Shown piece after piece: positions 34,550-35,244 of a DNA stretch of 35,244 bases. Each line of letters begins with the position of its first letter. Within the stretch, counting starts at the first letter, position 1. The DNA is taken from positions 1 to 35,244 of the forward strand of contig JANOBL010000752.1 in NCBI GenBank assembly GCA_031411635.1, written 5' to 3'. A program made the translations under genes and the position numbers. The notes under the pieces were generated by a model. It worked only from the letters and a program-made list of their open reading frames with translations, ran no database searches and was not told the origin of the DNA. The stretch comes from Betaproteobacteria bacterium (GTDB lineage Bacteria > Pseudomonadota > Gammaproteobacteria > Burkholderiales > Burkholderiaceae_C).

Positions 34550-35244
34550 ATGACCCGCTCCCCAACCCGCCGCCACTTGCTAAAAACCGCCACCCTGGCT
34601 GCGCTTGGCTTGCCCATGCTGGGCGAGGCCCAAAGCCCAGCCTGGCCCACCCGGCCCATCACCATGATCGTGCCCTGGCCGGCCGGCGGCAGCACCGACC
34701 GCCACCTGCGTGCGCTGGCCGAGATCGCCAGCAAGCAACTCGGCCAGAACGTGATCGTGCAAAACCAGCCGGGCGGTGGTGGCACTACCGGGCCGGGCAG
34801 CATGGCGCTCAATGCCAAGCCCGACGGCTACACGATCGCGCAGTTTCCGATGGGCATGCTGCGCATACCGCACATGCAAAAAACCGCGTGGAACCCGCTC
34901 AGCGATTTCAGCTTCATCATCGGTGTCACCGGTTACACCTTTGGCTTTGTGGTGCGGGCCGACTCGCCGTACAAAACTTTCAACGACTACATTGAGGCCG
35001 CGCGCAAACAGCCTGGCAAGATCGATTTTGGCTCCACCGGCATCGGCACCAGCCCGCATCTGCTGATCGAAGAAGTGGGTGATGTGGCCAAGGTCAGCTT
35101 CAACCACATCCCGTTCAAGGGCAATGCCGACCAGATGCAGGCCTTGCTGGGCGGCCATGTGATGGCGGCCAGCGACGCCACTGGGTGGGACAAGTTTGTC
35201 GAGACCGGCCAGATGCGCTTGCTGGTGACCTTTGGCGACCAGCG
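34550..35244 (+). CDS. Bug/TctC tripartite tricarboxylate transporter substrate-binding protein (partial, runs off the window)
   Basis: AGGAG RBS. MTRSPTRRHLL (Tat-like)...WPTRPITMIVPWPAGGSTD...NQPGGGG...AKPDGYT...GSTGIGTSPHL...HIPFKG. It is missing from the ORF track because it has no stop in the window. Confidence 0.93.
   Translation, partial: MTRSPTRRHLLKTATLAALGLPMLGEAQSPAWPTRPITMIVPWPAGGSTDRHLRALAEIASKQLGQNVIVQNQPGGGGTTGPGSMALNAKPDGYTIAQFPMGMLRIPHMQKTAWNPLSDFSFIIGVTGYTFGFVVRADSPYKTFNDYIEAARKQPGKIDFGSTGIGTSPHLLIEEVGDVAKVSFNHIPFKGNADQMQALLGGHVMAASDATGWDKFVETGQMRLLVTFGDQ

Overview
This is a high-GC chromosomal window whose gene content points to a Betaproteobacterium (Burkholderiales, Rubrivivax/Ideonella/Aquabacterium-like; inferred from the Bug/TctC and PEP-CTERM genes and the REP-type repeats). 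From left to right it holds: (i) an ABC ATPase, a secreted hydrolase, a cysteine-less glutaredoxin, a GST and a secreted thioredoxin-fold protein; (ii) an XRE/MmyB-like regulator with a palindromic operator, and a wHTH + PD-(D/E)XK protein divergent from an M.HindIII-like methyltransferase with no classical restriction enzyme beside it; (iii) a PEP-CTERM glycerophosphodiesterase, a zrgBCD-like ABC/DUF3299 module, a DUF2946-like gene and a ZnuD-like TonB-dependent receptor; (iv) NnrU, TPR-like and Tim44 genes; (v) a two-gene module made of a papain-family protease fused to a complete 7-bladed PLL-type lectin propeller, followed by a chagasin (I42) inhibitor; (vi) a ~11 kb ter stress-response locus; (vii) a second PEP-CTERM gene and a partial Bug/TctC gene. 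The 5' end of the ter locus is broken, with a frameshifted, truncated terD copy lying head-to-head against a doubly deleted kinase. Its terC-terA-terD-vWA-AIM24-terZ genes and its five-gene ATP-grasp/PRTase/HAD/StiP/lyase biosynthetic module are intact. I saw no rRNA, tRNA, CRISPR array or transposase. All family assignments come from motif recognition by eye, not from database searches.
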